Shown here: positions 1 to 8,906 of the stretch, one piece after another
How the letters are laid out: each line of letters begins with the position of its first letter
How positions within the stretch are numbered: the stretch's first letter is position 1
DNA from: Opitutaceae bacterium
Lineage (GTDB): Bacteria > Verrucomicrobiota > Verrucomicrobiia > Opitutales > Opitutaceae
NCBI GenBank assembly: GCA_029979145.1
Contig: JAPOIC010000001.1
Coordinates: 1-38,174 of the forward strand
DNA: 38,174 bases
Direction of reading: 5' to 3'
Program-made: the position numbers and the translations under genes
The notes under the pieces: generated by a model
Database searches by the model: none
The model's input: only the letters and a program-made list of their open reading frames with translations
What the model was told of the DNA's origin: nothing

Positions 1-431
1 GCCATGACCTTGCTGTAGGTGTAGCCGATCATAACTACGGCGCAGACGCCCGGATTGAAGGCGCGGATGACTTCAAGGGTTTCGCACCCACCCAAGCCTC
101 CGGGAATCGTGAGATCGTGGAAGAGAAGATCGAAGTTGAGTCCGGTTTCCCAATTCTGACGAAAACGGTCGATCGCAAAGCGGCCGTCCTCGGTCTCGAT
201 CACCTCATGGCCCAAATCGCGCAGCGCCAGCGATTCCCGCATTATCGGCTCGTCGTCCATGATCAGGATACGGCAGCGGCGAGCGACGCTCGGCAGCACC
301 GGAGCTGCAGCGGACACGGCATCACCCGACGGCACCTCAACCAAGGCCGGCAGGTGCACAAAAAAGATCGCTCCCTCGCCGGGGAAGAGGCAACCGAGGT
401 GCGCCAGTTGTTCCGCTGGGCCGTGGCGCAC
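1..431 (-). pseudogene. Truncated hybrid sensor kinase 3' end: last strand of HATPase plus receiver (REC) domain; runs off the window edge
   Basis: Manual minus-strand translation (absent from ORF track): PGEGAIFFVHLPA...RILIMDDEPIMRESLALRDLGHEVIETEDGRFAIDRFRQNWETGLNFDLLFHDLTIPGGLGGCETLEVIRAFNPGVCAVVMIGY. In-frame TAG at 444-446 upstream, so the kinase core is missing. Confidence 0.75.
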
Positions 432-492
432 CTCAATCCCGAACTACCGGCAGACGTCCGCGCAGCCCTGCAGGCCTGCGCCTGATCACGCA

Positions 493-1917
493 TCAGCCTT
501 TTGTGTAGCTCGGGTCTAGCTCCAACCGGAAATAGTCCCGGGCGTTGGCAAAGCAAATCGCCTTCACAATCCCGCCGACCAAGGTGAGATCGGCCGGAAT
601 TTCACCCCGCTCCATCATGCCGCCGAGGAGATTGCACAACACGCGGCGGAAATACTCGTGGCGCGGATAGCTGAGAAAACTCCGTGAGTCAGTAAGCATG
701 CCGACGAAGCGGGACAACAGCCCAAGGTTCATCAACGCGCCCAGCTGCCACTCCATCGCTTCCTTCTGGTCGAGAAACCACCAGCCCGAGCCATACTGCA
801 ATTTTCCGGGCACCGAACCGTCCTGAAAATTCCCGATCATCGTTGCGAAGGCGTAGTTGTCCGCTGGGTTGAGATTGTAGAGGACCGTGCGCGGCAACTC
901 GTCGGTGGCGTCTAGCACATCAAGGTAGCGGCTCAAGGCGTGCACCTGCGGCCGGTCGCCAATGCTGTCAAAGCCGGTGTCGGGACCGAGCCGGCGCAGC
1001 AGGCGGGTGTTGTTGTTCCGCTGCGCCCCGAGATGCAGCTGCTTCGTCCATCCTTTCGCCGCGTCCCAGCGGCCAAATTCCAACATGAGGAACGAGCCGA
1101 ATTTCGCCCAATCCTCCGGTGTCGCCGCCCGGCCGGCGCGCGCCGCGGCGAAAATGCTCGCCGCCTCGCCCGCCTCGCAGGGCTCAGCCAGCGACTGCTC
1201 TAGGCCATGATCCGACAGCCGGCAGCCGATGGCGTGAAAGTCATCGTGGCGGCGGCGGAGCGCGGCGAGAAGATCGTCGAAGGTCTTCACCGGCAGGCGC
1301 GCCGACGCGCCAAGCTTCTCCAGCCAAGCGTTGTAAGCGCCGGGATCGTTCACACCTAGCGCCTTGTCTGGACGGAAGGTCGGATAAACCCGCGTGCGCC
1401 GGTTGAGCGTGCGAATTCGTTCGTGGTCAGACAGTGAATCCGCCGGATCGTCGGTGGTGCAAATCACGGCTACTTTGCTGGCTGCGAGCAGGTCGTGCAC
1501 CCGCAGCGTCGCGAGCTGCGAGTTCGCCTCGCGCCAAATCGTGTCGGCACTCGCCAGGTTGATGATCACGTCGAGACCGAAGACGCGCTTCAGTTCCAGA
1601 TGCGACCAATGGTAGAGCGGGTTCCCCAGCGTGTGCGGCACGGTCGCGCACCACGCATCGAATTTTCCGCGCGGGGATGAATCGCCAGTGCAAAACTGCT
1701 CCGCCACGCCATTCGTGCGCATCGCCCGCCATTTGTAGTGATCCCCGCCCAGCCAGATCTCCGCCAAGTCGCCGAACTGATGGTTGTCCGCGATCAGCTT
1801 GGGCGGCAGGTGACAATGGTAGTCGTAGATCGGCTCACTGGCGGCAAAACCATGGTAGAGCTCACGCGCCGAGTCGGACTGGAGCAAAAAGTCGTCGTGG
1901 ATGAAGGACCGGCTCAT
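493..1917 (-). CDS. uxaC: Glucuronate/uronate isomerase
   Basis: DYHCHL, WLGGDHYKWRAMR, GNPLYHWSHLEL, GSGWWFLDQK and GMLTDSRSFLSYPRHEYFRR motifs. Confidence 0.97.
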   Translation of the reverse strand: MSRSFIHDDFLLQSDSARELYHGFAASEPIYDYHCHLPPKLIADNHQFGDLAEIWLGGDHYKWRAMRTNGVAEQFCTGDSSPRGKFDAWCATVPHTLGNPLYHWSHLELKRVFGLDVIINLASADTIWREANSQLATLRVHDLLAASKVAVICTTDDPADSLSDHERIRTLNRRTRVYPTFRPDKALGVNDPGAYNAWLEKLGASARLPVKTFDDLLAALRRRHDDFHAIGCRLSDHGLEQSLAEPCEAGEAASIFAAARAGRAATPEDWAKFGSFLMLEFGRWDAAKGWTKQLHLGAQRNNNTRLLRRLGPDTGFDSIGDRPQVHALSRYLDVLDATDELPRTVLYNLNPADNYAFATMIGNFQDGSVPGKLQYGSGWWFLDQKEAMEWQLGALMNLGLLSRFVGMLTDSRSFLSYPRHEYFRRVLCNLLGGMMERGEIPADLTLVGGIVKAICFANARDYFRLELDPSYTKG

Positions 1918-1933
1918 GGCGAATCGTTAGGTT

Positions 1934-3754
1934 TCAGCCTGCAATATCCGCGAGCAGTTCGTCGAGCGTCGCGTAGGTTTCCAATCGAGTTGCCGCCGCG
2001 CGACATTCCCCAGCCGGCGCCAGACCCGTGTGTTCCGCGAGGAACAGCAGATAGCTCGCGATCCGCTGGGAAAAGCGCAGGCGCGTCTCAGAACTGACGG
2101 CGTAAAACCGGGCGCGCTGGCGGTAGCCGGCGGCCGTGTGGTCGCCGAGCGCGGACTTCTCCGGCCGGCCCCCAGCCGCGAGCACGTAAAGAAAGTTGTA
2201 TTCGAAAAACGTCATGTGCTCCGGTGAAGGCGGTAGCGCCGCCAGGGCCGCACGACACGACTCCGGCGAGTCGAAGACCTCCGTCGACCGACCGGCGGCG
2301 GCCAGGGTCGTGGTGACAAAACTGCGCGCCATCTTTTGCTCGGTGGCATCCGCGCTGAAGCCGCCGGCGACCGCCATGTCGACCGTGAACTGATACCAAT
2401 CGCGCCAGAGCGCCGCGTCCGCGCCATCGTTCGACTGCGCGAGCGCCACGCCCATCTCGTAGGTGTAACGGCCCGAGGTCTTGATCTCAAGCGCGCCGCC
2501 GGTCACGTGACCCATCACCTGATAGTTTTCCGCCGATTTTCCGGAGCCGGAGTGGAAGCCAATGCTTACGCCGAACCGCACGCACACCGCCCATTGCGCC
2601 TCGATGAGGCGGCGGAGCGCCGCGTTGTCCGGATACGGTGTGTTCTTCTGAAACCCAAAGGCCGGGGCCACAAAGTGCACCGGCATGCCCAGCACCTCGC
2701 AGAGCGCGAGCATGATGGCCGTCGTCTCGGGCGCGGTCAGGCCGGGCAGCTCGTCGATCGAAAGTTCGCGCAGGTAGCGGCAGCCAACGTCGGTCGTGAA
2801 CGCCGCGGCGCGCGCGGTCGCGTATTTCTCGTCGCGCCGCTTCATCTTCTGCATCGGCGTCCAGACGGTCGTGAGCAAACGCGTGAATGCCTTGTCGTCC
2901 AGCGTAACGCCGGCGGCGGTCACGCGGTCGCGGGTCCGCTTCACCACGTCCGCCGGGATCTGGGCGGGATCGGCGGGCTGGTTCAGCGCAAGTTCCGGCG
3001 AAAGGTCAAAGGTGATGTAGCTGGCTAGCAGGCAGCCCCGCACCAAGGCGTCTTCGCGGACGTCGAACTTGCCACCGATCGGCTGATGATCGGCGTTGAA
3101 CGACCACGCGATGCGTCGCCGGTGGAACCCGGTCTTGAGCTTGGACAGCACTGCACCGTGGCTCATGCCCTCGACGCTCTGGCCTTGGTGACCCTCGGGC
3201 ACGTTCGTGCCGATAAAAGGAAACGGCACCGAGTCGAGTCGGCCGTCGAGCATGGCGTCGACATCATAAACCAGCTCGCGCGGGATGGAATTTTGGTTGG
3301 CGGTTAGGCCAATTCCCAACGTCGCCATCGCCCACTCCACCGCCGGCCAGTGCAAGGTCGTGAATCTCGCGCCTACGCCGAGCGTGCTGCGGCCCAACGC
3401 GACCGTCGCCGTGGGGAAAATCGTGGAGCCGGCATCGTACTCCTGAATCAGGTTTTTCAACCGGATGAGGTTGGCAAAGGTCGCGGGAAAATAGGTCGCG
3501 CCGCCGAGCGTCACGCCCTCATCCAAGGTCGCGGTGCCGCCGGCCAGCCGCCACGCGCAGTCGCCGTGATCATTTTCCCACAGGGTCCACTCTCCCGCGG
3601 CCGTGGCGAACCGACTACGCCCATGCTCGCGGGCACGGCCGGCCGCCAGGTCGGTCTGCAGGTCAGGCCAATCGAGACAGAAGTCCGGCGAGATGCAGGG
3701 GTTCTGCGCGATGCGTAGGTCGTGTCGGAGCAGAGAGGTGTTGATGGCGGACAT
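1934..3754 (-). CDS. Tagaturonate/fructuronate epimerase (UxaE)-like protein, divergent, 606 aa
   Basis: Motifs NADH, ELSIDE, FVAPAFGFQK, FHSGSGK and EIKTSG parallel UxaE (DADH, EVSVDE, LAPRF, HSGSDK, HVKTAG). Start set at ATG 3754 (MSAINT), just after the SDR stop. Confidence 0.7.
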   Translation of the reverse strand: MSAINTSLLRHDLRIAQNPCISPDFCLDWPDLQTDLAAGRAREHGRSRFATAAGEWTLWENDHGDCAWRLAGGTATLDEGVTLGGATYFPATFANLIRLKNLIQEYDAGSTIFPTATVALGRSTLGVGARFTTLHWPAVEWAMATLGIGLTANQNSIPRELVYDVDAMLDGRLDSVPFPFIGTNVPEGHQGQSVEGMSHGAVLSKLKTGFHRRRIAWSFNADHQPIGGKFDVREDALVRGCLLASYITFDLSPELALNQPADPAQIPADVVKRTRDRVTAAGVTLDDKAFTRLLTTVWTPMQKMKRRDEKYATARAAAFTTDVGCRYLRELSIDELPGLTAPETTAIMLALCEVLGMPVHFVAPAFGFQKNTPYPDNAALRRLIEAQWAVCVRFGVSIGFHSGSGKSAENYQVMGHVTGGALEIKTSGRYTYEMGVALAQSNDGADAALWRDWYQFTVDMAVAGGFSADATEQKMARSFVTTTLAAAGRSTEVFDSPESCRAALAALPPSPEHMTFFEYNFLYVLAAGGRPEKSALGDHTAAGYRQRARFYAVSSETRLRFSQRIASYLLFLAEHTGLAPAGECRAAATRLETYATLDELLADIAG

Positions 3755-3765
3755 GGGAGAAAAAC

Positions 3766-4560
3766 TCAGATTGTCATCGCGTGATAGCCGCCGTCGACGA
3801 TCAGTTCCTCGCCGGTGATGAAGCCGCCCGCGGCGTCGCTCGCAAGGAGCAGGGTCGCGCCGATGAGCTCGCGTGCTTCGCCGAAGCGTTTCATCGGCGT
3901 GTGGCCCATGATGCTGGCGACGCGGTCCGGCGTGAGCACCTTCTTGTTTTGCTCGGCCGGGAAAAAGCCGGGCACCAAGACGTTGACCCGCACGCGGTGC
4001 GGCGCCCATTCGCGCGCGAGGTTGAGCGACAGATTGTGCACGGCGCCCTTGGTCGCCGAGTAGGTGAACACGCGGGACAGCGGCACCACGCCGGACATCG
4101 AGCCGAGATTGATGATCGCGCCTCCCTCCCCGCGCTCGACGAGGTAACGGCCGAACACCTGGCAGCCTAGCATCACGCCCTTGAGGTTCACGTTCACGAT
4201 GCGGTCGAACTCCTCATCGGTGATCTCAAGGAACGGCGTCGCCGAGTTTACGCCCGCGCCGTTGACCACGATGTCAATTCGCCCGCAGCGTGCGATGACC
4301 GCGTCGCGCAGGCCCTCCAACTCGGTCTTGCTCGTGGCCTCCGCCGCGTGAAAACAAGCCCGGCCGCCCGCAGCAGCGATGCGCTCGATCCGAGCCGCGG
4401 CCTTGTCGGAATTGCGACCGACAATGACCACCTCGGCGCCGGCACCCGCCAGCCCCTCGGCCATTGCGCCGCAAAGTTCGCCGGTGCCGCCGATGATCAC
4501 GGCGACTTTGCCACTCAAACCAAACAGGGCGTGCAGGAAGTCAGGGGGGGTAGTTGCCAT
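3766..4560 (-). CDS. SDR oxidoreductase, probable fructuronate reductase / D-mannonate oxidoreductase (UxuB-like)
   Basis: GGTGELC Rossmann motif, NGAG, YSATK catalytic Yxxx[10 protein letters not shown]; co-oriented with uxaC. Start ATG 4560. Confidence 0.8.
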   Translation of the reverse strand: MATTPPDFLHALFGLSGKVAVIIGGTGELCGAMAEGLAGAGAEVVIVGRNSDKAAARIERIAAAGGRACFHAAEATSKTELEGLRDAVIARCGRIDIVVNGAGVNSATPFLEITDEEFDRIVNVNLKGVMLGCQVFGRYLVERGEGGAIINLGSMSGVVPLSRVFTYSATKGAVHNLSLNLAREWAPHRVRVNVLVPGFFPAEQNKKVLTPDRVASIMGHTPMKRFGEARELIGATLLLASDAAGGFITGEELIVDGGYHAMTI

Positions 4561-4665
4561 GCCAGCCGAGCGTGCGCGATTTGCCCCGTGAAACAATCAA
4601 AAGCCATGCGCCGCATTCCGTCATTGTGACCGCAAGCGGCATGCGACACGAATCGAGCCCAGCCT

Positions 4666-5964
4666 ATGACGGAACCTCAGCCATGTCTCAGCCGCCATGC
4701 CGCTCCATCCGGTTCACTTAGCCCTGACGAAGTCGGCGAGATCGTGGCCGCCGCCTGTGCCCCCGCCGACTACCGCGGTCAGCGCGTTCTCCTGATCATC
4801 CCGGACGGCACGCGCACGGCGCCGGTGGGAGTGATGTTCAAGACTCTCTTTGATCGCATCGGGCGGGTGACGACCAAGTTCGACGTCATGATCGCGCTCG
4901 GCACGCATCCGCCCATGAGCGACGACGCCATCAACCAGCGGGTCGAGATCACCGCGGAGGAGCGCGCGACGACCTACCGCAAGGTCGAGTTCATCAATCA
5001 CGAGTGGGACAACCCGGCGGCCTTGCGTGACCTCGGCGTGATTCCCGCCGACGAGATCAAGAAGCTCTCCGGCGGGCTCTTCGCGATGGACGTGCCGGTG
5101 CACATCAACCGACGGCTGTTCGACTATGACCAGTTGATCATCGTGGGGCCGGTGTTTCCGCACGAGGTCGTGGGCTTCTCCGGCGGCAACAAATACCTGT
5201 TTCCCGGCGTGGGCGGGCCCGGCATTCTGAATTTCTTTCATTGGCTCGGAGCGGTCGTCACCAACCCGATGATCATCGGCAACAAGTGGACGCCCGTTCG
5301 CAAAGTCGTGGACCGCGCCGGCGCGATGGTGCCCGTGTCCAAGTTGTGTTTCGCAATGGTGGTGGAGGGCCACGGCAATCTCGCCGGGCTCTACGCCGGC
5401 ACCCCCGAGGCGGCGTGGGATGCAGCCAGCGAGCTCTCAAAACAGCTTCACATCACCTACAAGGACCGGCCGTTTCACACCGTGCTGTCGTGTGCGCCGC
5501 CGATGTATGACGAGGTGTGGGTCGCCGGCAAATGCATGTATAAGCTCGAGCCGATCGTAGCCGACGGCGGCGAACTGATCATCTACGCCCCCCACCTGCA
5601 CGAGATTTCCATCACGCACGGCGAGCACATCCGCCGGATTGGCTATCACTGCCGCGACTATTTCCTGAAGCAGTGGGATCGTTTCAAGGACGAGCCGTGG
5701 GGCATCCTCGCCCACTCCACGCATGTTCACGGAATCGGCACCTATGACGCTGCGACGGGCATCGAAACGCCGCGCGTGCGCGTCACCTTGGCGACTGGAT
5801 TGAGCGAAGCCCAGTGCCGGGAAGTCAACTTGGGCTATCGGGACTGGCGGAGTATCAACCCGGCCGATTTCGCCGGGCGGGAAAACGAGGGTATCCTGCT
5901 GGAGCCCAAGGCCGGGGAGCGCCTCTACCATCTGCGGCAAAAACCCGTGTGGGCCGGAGGTTGA
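4666..5964 (+). CDS. LarA-family nickel-pincer-nucleotide dependent alpha-hydroxy acid racemase/epimerase
   Basis: IIPDGTR, ALGTH, PHEVVGFSGGNKYLFPG and DGGELII motifs of the lactate racemase family. Confidence 0.88.
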   Translation: MTEPQPCLSRHAAPSGSLSPDEVGEIVAAACAPADYRGQRVLLIIPDGTRTAPVGVMFKTLFDRIGRVTTKFDVMIALGTHPPMSDDAINQRVEITAEERATTYRKVEFINHEWDNPAALRDLGVIPADEIKKLSGGLFAMDVPVHINRRLFDYDQLIIVGPVFPHEVVGFSGGNKYLFPGVGGPGILNFFHWLGAVVTNPMIIGNKWTPVRKVVDRAGAMVPVSKLCFAMVVEGHGNLAGLYAGTPEAAWDAASELSKQLHITYKDRPFHTVLSCAPPMYDEVWVAGKCMYKLEPIVADGGELIIYAPHLHEISITHGEHIRRIGYHCRDYFLKQWDRFKDEPWGILAHSTHVHGIGTYDAATGIETPRVRVTLATGLSEAQCREVNLGYRDWRSINPADFAGRENEGILLEPKAGERLYHLRQKPVWAGG

Positions 5965-5971
5965 CCGGGAG

Positions 5972-6048
5972 TGGTGGGGCCGGCGGGAGTCGAACCCACA
6001 ACCCTTTCCTTAGGACGGAACAGCTCTATCCAGTTGAGCTACGGCCCC
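5972..6048 (-). tRNA. tRNA-Arg(CCT)
   Basis: Cloverleaf GGGGCCG...CGGCCCC-A-CCA, T loop TTCGACT, anticodon loop GT-CCT-AA. Confidence 0.92.
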
Positions 6049-6112
6049 AGCGACGGCATGAACGGCCATCCCTGGGGTCCGGTCAACCCTCCAAATCGCG
6101 CCAAAATGCGGG

Positions 6113-6140
6113 TTGACATGCCCGGGCGGCGGCCAATTCT
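6113..6140 (+). promoter_or_regulatory. Putative sigma70 promoter of rpsR
   Basis: TTGACA at 6113-6118, 16-nt spacer, AATTCT. Confidence 0.5.
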
Positions 6141-6159
6141 CTGCCGTTCCTTTCGAATC

Positions 6160-6354
6160 ATGAGCACTTCAGAAGAAAAGCAGCAGAGCCTTACGCCGGA
6201 GAATTACCCGTTCACCGCCCCCCAGATGATGAACCGGTATGTCACCGACACCGGCAAAATTCTCCCGCGCAAGTATACCGGCCTCAGCGCCAAGCAGCAG
6301 CGCGCCGTGACCCGCACGATCAAGCAGTCCCGCAACACCTTGCTGGCGCTCTGA
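6160..6354 (+). CDS. rpsR: 30S ribosomal protein S18 (short, Cys-free)
   Basis: YVTDTGKILPRKYTGLSAKQQRAVTRTIKQSR S18 signature; true start ATG 6160. Confidence 0.93.
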   Translation: MSTSEEKQQSLTPENYPFTAPQMMNRYVTDTGKILPRKYTGLSAKQQRAVTRTIKQSRNTLLAL

Positions 6355-6379
6355 TCCCCCGGGGAAACCCAATTCAATC

Positions 6380-6406
6380 AGCCGGAGCCCCGTCTCCGGC
6401 TTTTTT
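6380..6406 (+). terminator. Intrinsic terminator after rpsR
   Basis: AGCCGGAG-ccccgt-CTCCGGCT followed by a T run. Confidence 0.85.
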
Positions 6407-6411
6407 GTGCC

Positions 6412-7416
6412 ATGACCCGACGCCGAACGACCCGGACCTTCCGCGGCACGGCCCGCAATCTCGCCCGGTTGGCGAGCCGGCTGCAGGACGGCGATCTCGT
6501 CGCCGTGCCCACCGAGACAGTCTACGGCCTGGCGGCGAACGCCTTGGATGCCCGCGCATGCGCCCGGATCTTTGCCGCCAAGGGTCGGCCCCGGACGGAT
6601 CCTTTGATTGTGCATCTCCAGCACGTCAGGCAGCTGTCCGACGTGGCCGCGCCCAACGCCACGGCCCTTCGTCTGGCCAAAGCGTTTTGGCCCGGCCCCC
6701 TGACTATGATTCTGCCTAAGGCGGCCATCGTCCCGGAAATTGTGACCGCAGGCGGCGACAGCGTGGCGGTGCGCGTCCCGGCGCATCCGTTGTTTCGCCG
6801 CCTGCTCGCCCAGTGCCGCCTGCCTTTGGCTGCGCCCAGCGCCAATCCATTTGGCTACGTCAGCCCAACCACCGCTGCCCACGTCAAGGAAGGCCTCGCG
6901 GGCAAGATTGGCTATATTCTTGACGGCGGACCCGCCCGCATCGGTTTGGAATCAACCATCGTCGATGTCCGCGATCCCCGGCGATTGCGCGTGCTTCGGC
7001 CCGGTGCCATCACGGCGGCGCAATTACGCCAAGCGAGTGGTTGTCCGGTGCAGGACTTCGCAGGAGCGACAGCTTCGTCGACCCAAGCGCAACTGGCCCC
7101 CGGCCAGCTGCTCCAACACTATAGCCCGCGAGCCAAAGTGGTGTTGCACGAGAAGCTCCCGCCCCCCAGCCAGCTGGTCGCAACCACAGGGGCTAACGCC
7201 TGGCTCTATTTCCGCCGGCCAGCCGGGGCGAAGCGGCATCCGCTTCATTGGCTTTCCGCCGACGGCAGCCAAGCCGAAGCGGCCCATGCCTTGTTTGCGA
7301 AGCTTCGCGAGCTGGATCAGCGCAAGTGCACGGCAGTCCATGTCGAACTGGCCCCGTCGGGTCCGCTGGCGATCGCGATCAACGACCGCCTGCGGCGGGC
7401 GGCCGCCAAGGGGTGA
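6412..7416 (+). CDS. tsaC: L-threonylcarbamoyladenylate synthase (Sua5 type, with C-terminal SUA5 domain)
   Basis: PTETVYGL, KGRP..DPLIVH, FWPGPLT, AAPSAN, GLESTIV, APGQL..HYSP, AINDRLRRAA. Confidence 0.95.
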   Translation: MTRRRTTRTFRGTARNLARLASRLQDGDLVAVPTETVYGLAANALDARACARIFAAKGRPRTDPLIVHLQHVRQLSDVAAPNATALRLAKAFWPGPLTMILPKAAIVPEIVTAGGDSVAVRVPAHPLFRRLLAQCRLPLAAPSANPFGYVSPTTAAHVKEGLAGKIGYILDGGPARIGLESTIVDVRDPRRLRVLRPGAITAAQLRQASGCPVQDFAGATASSTQAQLAPGQLLQHYSPRAKVVLHEKLPPPSQLVATTGANAWLYFRRPAGAKRHPLHWLSADGSQAEAAHALFAKLRELDQRKCTAVHVELAPSGPLAIAINDRLRRAAAKG

Positions 7417-7431
7417 CGAATGGGCCCGGTC

Positions 7432-7689
7432 TCAGGGCCGGGATTGTTCGTCGTTCTGCTGCACCACGTAGTAGTCCTTGTAGGACTTGTCGTAATACTG
7501 CGCGTAATAGTAGCCGGAGACGGCCACGTTGAGGCCATTCAAGATGGCGCCAAAGACAGGCACGTTGGACTCCTGCAGGCGCTTCGAGGCGAACTGGGCC
7601 GCCTTGCGACGGACCTTGTTGAAATAGATATTGAACAGGGAGCCGTCGACGAGCGGGAGAATGATGAGTGCGTCGCTGACGGCGGGCAT
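7432..7689 (-). pseudogene. Isolated C-terminal 85 aa of a Wzc/CpsD-type BY-kinase including the tyrosine cluster
   Basis: AVSDALIILPLVDG (post Walker B), GAILNG, GYYYAQYYDKSYKDYY; TAG immediately before the ATG. Confidence 0.75.
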
Positions 7690-7765
7690 CTAATGGGAAT
7701 GCGACATCAGGATCTGGTGGAGCTCGAAGCCAGCCTACCCCGCCGCCAACCGCCGATGAGCTGGT

Positions 7766-8860
7766 TCAGCTGACCAACGGCGACAGGAGATCGAGGAACC
7801 GCGCGTTCTGTTCCGCCGTGCCCACGGTCACACGCACCCATTCCGGCAAACCATAACCTCGCATCGGCCGCAGGATGACGCCCTGGCGTTGCAACTCCGC
7901 GAAGGCCCGCGCGCCGTCACCGACGCGCAGCAAAATGAAATTCGCCACGCTCGGGACAAATTCGACCCCCAATTTCTGGAGCCCGCCCTCCAATTGACGA
8001 AGGCCGGCAGCGTTGGTCGCCCGGCAACGCTCGACAAATTCAACATCATCCAACGCCGCGACCGCCGCCGCCTGCGCCACGGCGTTCACGTTAAACGGCT
8101 GCCGCACGCGGTGGAGCAAACCCGCCAATTCCGCACCGGCGTAACCGTAGCCCAGCCGCAGCCCGGCCAAGCCATAGATCTTGGAAAAAGTGCGCAGGCC
8201 GATCACCGGTCGGCCCTCGGCCAACAGGGGCCGCAAATCGGGCGCTTCCTCGAGGAACTCGGCGTAGGCCTCGTCAAAGACCACGATCACGTGCTCCGGC
8301 AGCGCCCGGGCAAAGGCCAGCAACTCCGCCTCCGTGTTGGCCGTGCCGGTGGGATTGTTCGGGCTCGGTACAAATATCAGGCGCGTGCGCGAGGTGACCG
8401 CTGCGGCCAAGGCACCGAGATCGTGGCGATGATTGACCAGCGGCACTTCGACGGGTGTCGCGCCGAACAGGAGCGTGATGAGCTTGTAGACGATGAAGGC
8501 CGGCGCGCCCATGACCACCTCGTCGCCCGGTCGGAGAAAAACGTGACCAATTAGCTCAATAATCTCGTTCGAACCGTTGCCGGGCACGAATTGTCCCGGC
8601 GCCAGACCCCATTTCTCGGCCAGCTTAGCGTGCAACGCAAAACAACCACCATCGGGATAGAGCTCGACCTCGGTGAGGGCCCGTTGCGCCGCGGCCAGCG
8701 CCAGCGGCGAAGGACCAAGCGCATTCTCGTTCGAGGCCAGCTTGATGATCCCGTCAGGATCCAAGCCGAGCTCGCGCGCGACATCCTCAATCGGCTTGCC
8801 CGGCTCGTAGACGGGCTGCGTCCGCACCTCAGGTTTGGCCAGATCGGCGATGTTGCTCAT
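7766..8860 (-). CDS. hisC: Histidinol-phosphate aminotransferase
   Basis: KLASNEN, GNGSNEII, PNNPTG, DEAY, RTFSKIYGLAGLRLGY; start ATG 8860 (MSNIADLA). Confidence 0.95.
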   Translation of the reverse strand: MSNIADLAKPEVRTQPVYEPGKPIEDVARELGLDPDGIIKLASNENALGPSPLALAAAQRALTEVELYPDGGCFALHAKLAEKWGLAPGQFVPGNGSNEIIELIGHVFLRPGDEVVMGAPAFIVYKLITLLFGATPVEVPLVNHRHDLGALAAAVTSRTRLIFVPSPNNPTGTANTEAELLAFARALPEHVIVVFDEAYAEFLEEAPDLRPLLAEGRPVIGLRTFSKIYGLAGLRLGYGYAGAELAGLLHRVRQPFNVNAVAQAAAVAALDDVEFVERCRATNAAGLRQLEGGLQKLGVEFVPSVANFILLRVGDGARAFAELQRQGVILRPMRGYGLPEWVRVTVGTAEQNARFLDLLSPLVS

Positions 8861-8906
8861 ATTCGCACGAGAACAGAAAGCCGCCGCGCCGCAAAACCCT
8901 TTTGGG

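Noticed and set aside
3755-4009. N-terminal extension of the 691-aa ORF
   Set aside because: Overlaps the SDR gene in another frame; ATG 3754 fits the operon spacing
5971-6159. Extended 127-aa S18 ORF
   Set aside because: The extension is the antisense of tRNA-Arg plus the promoter region
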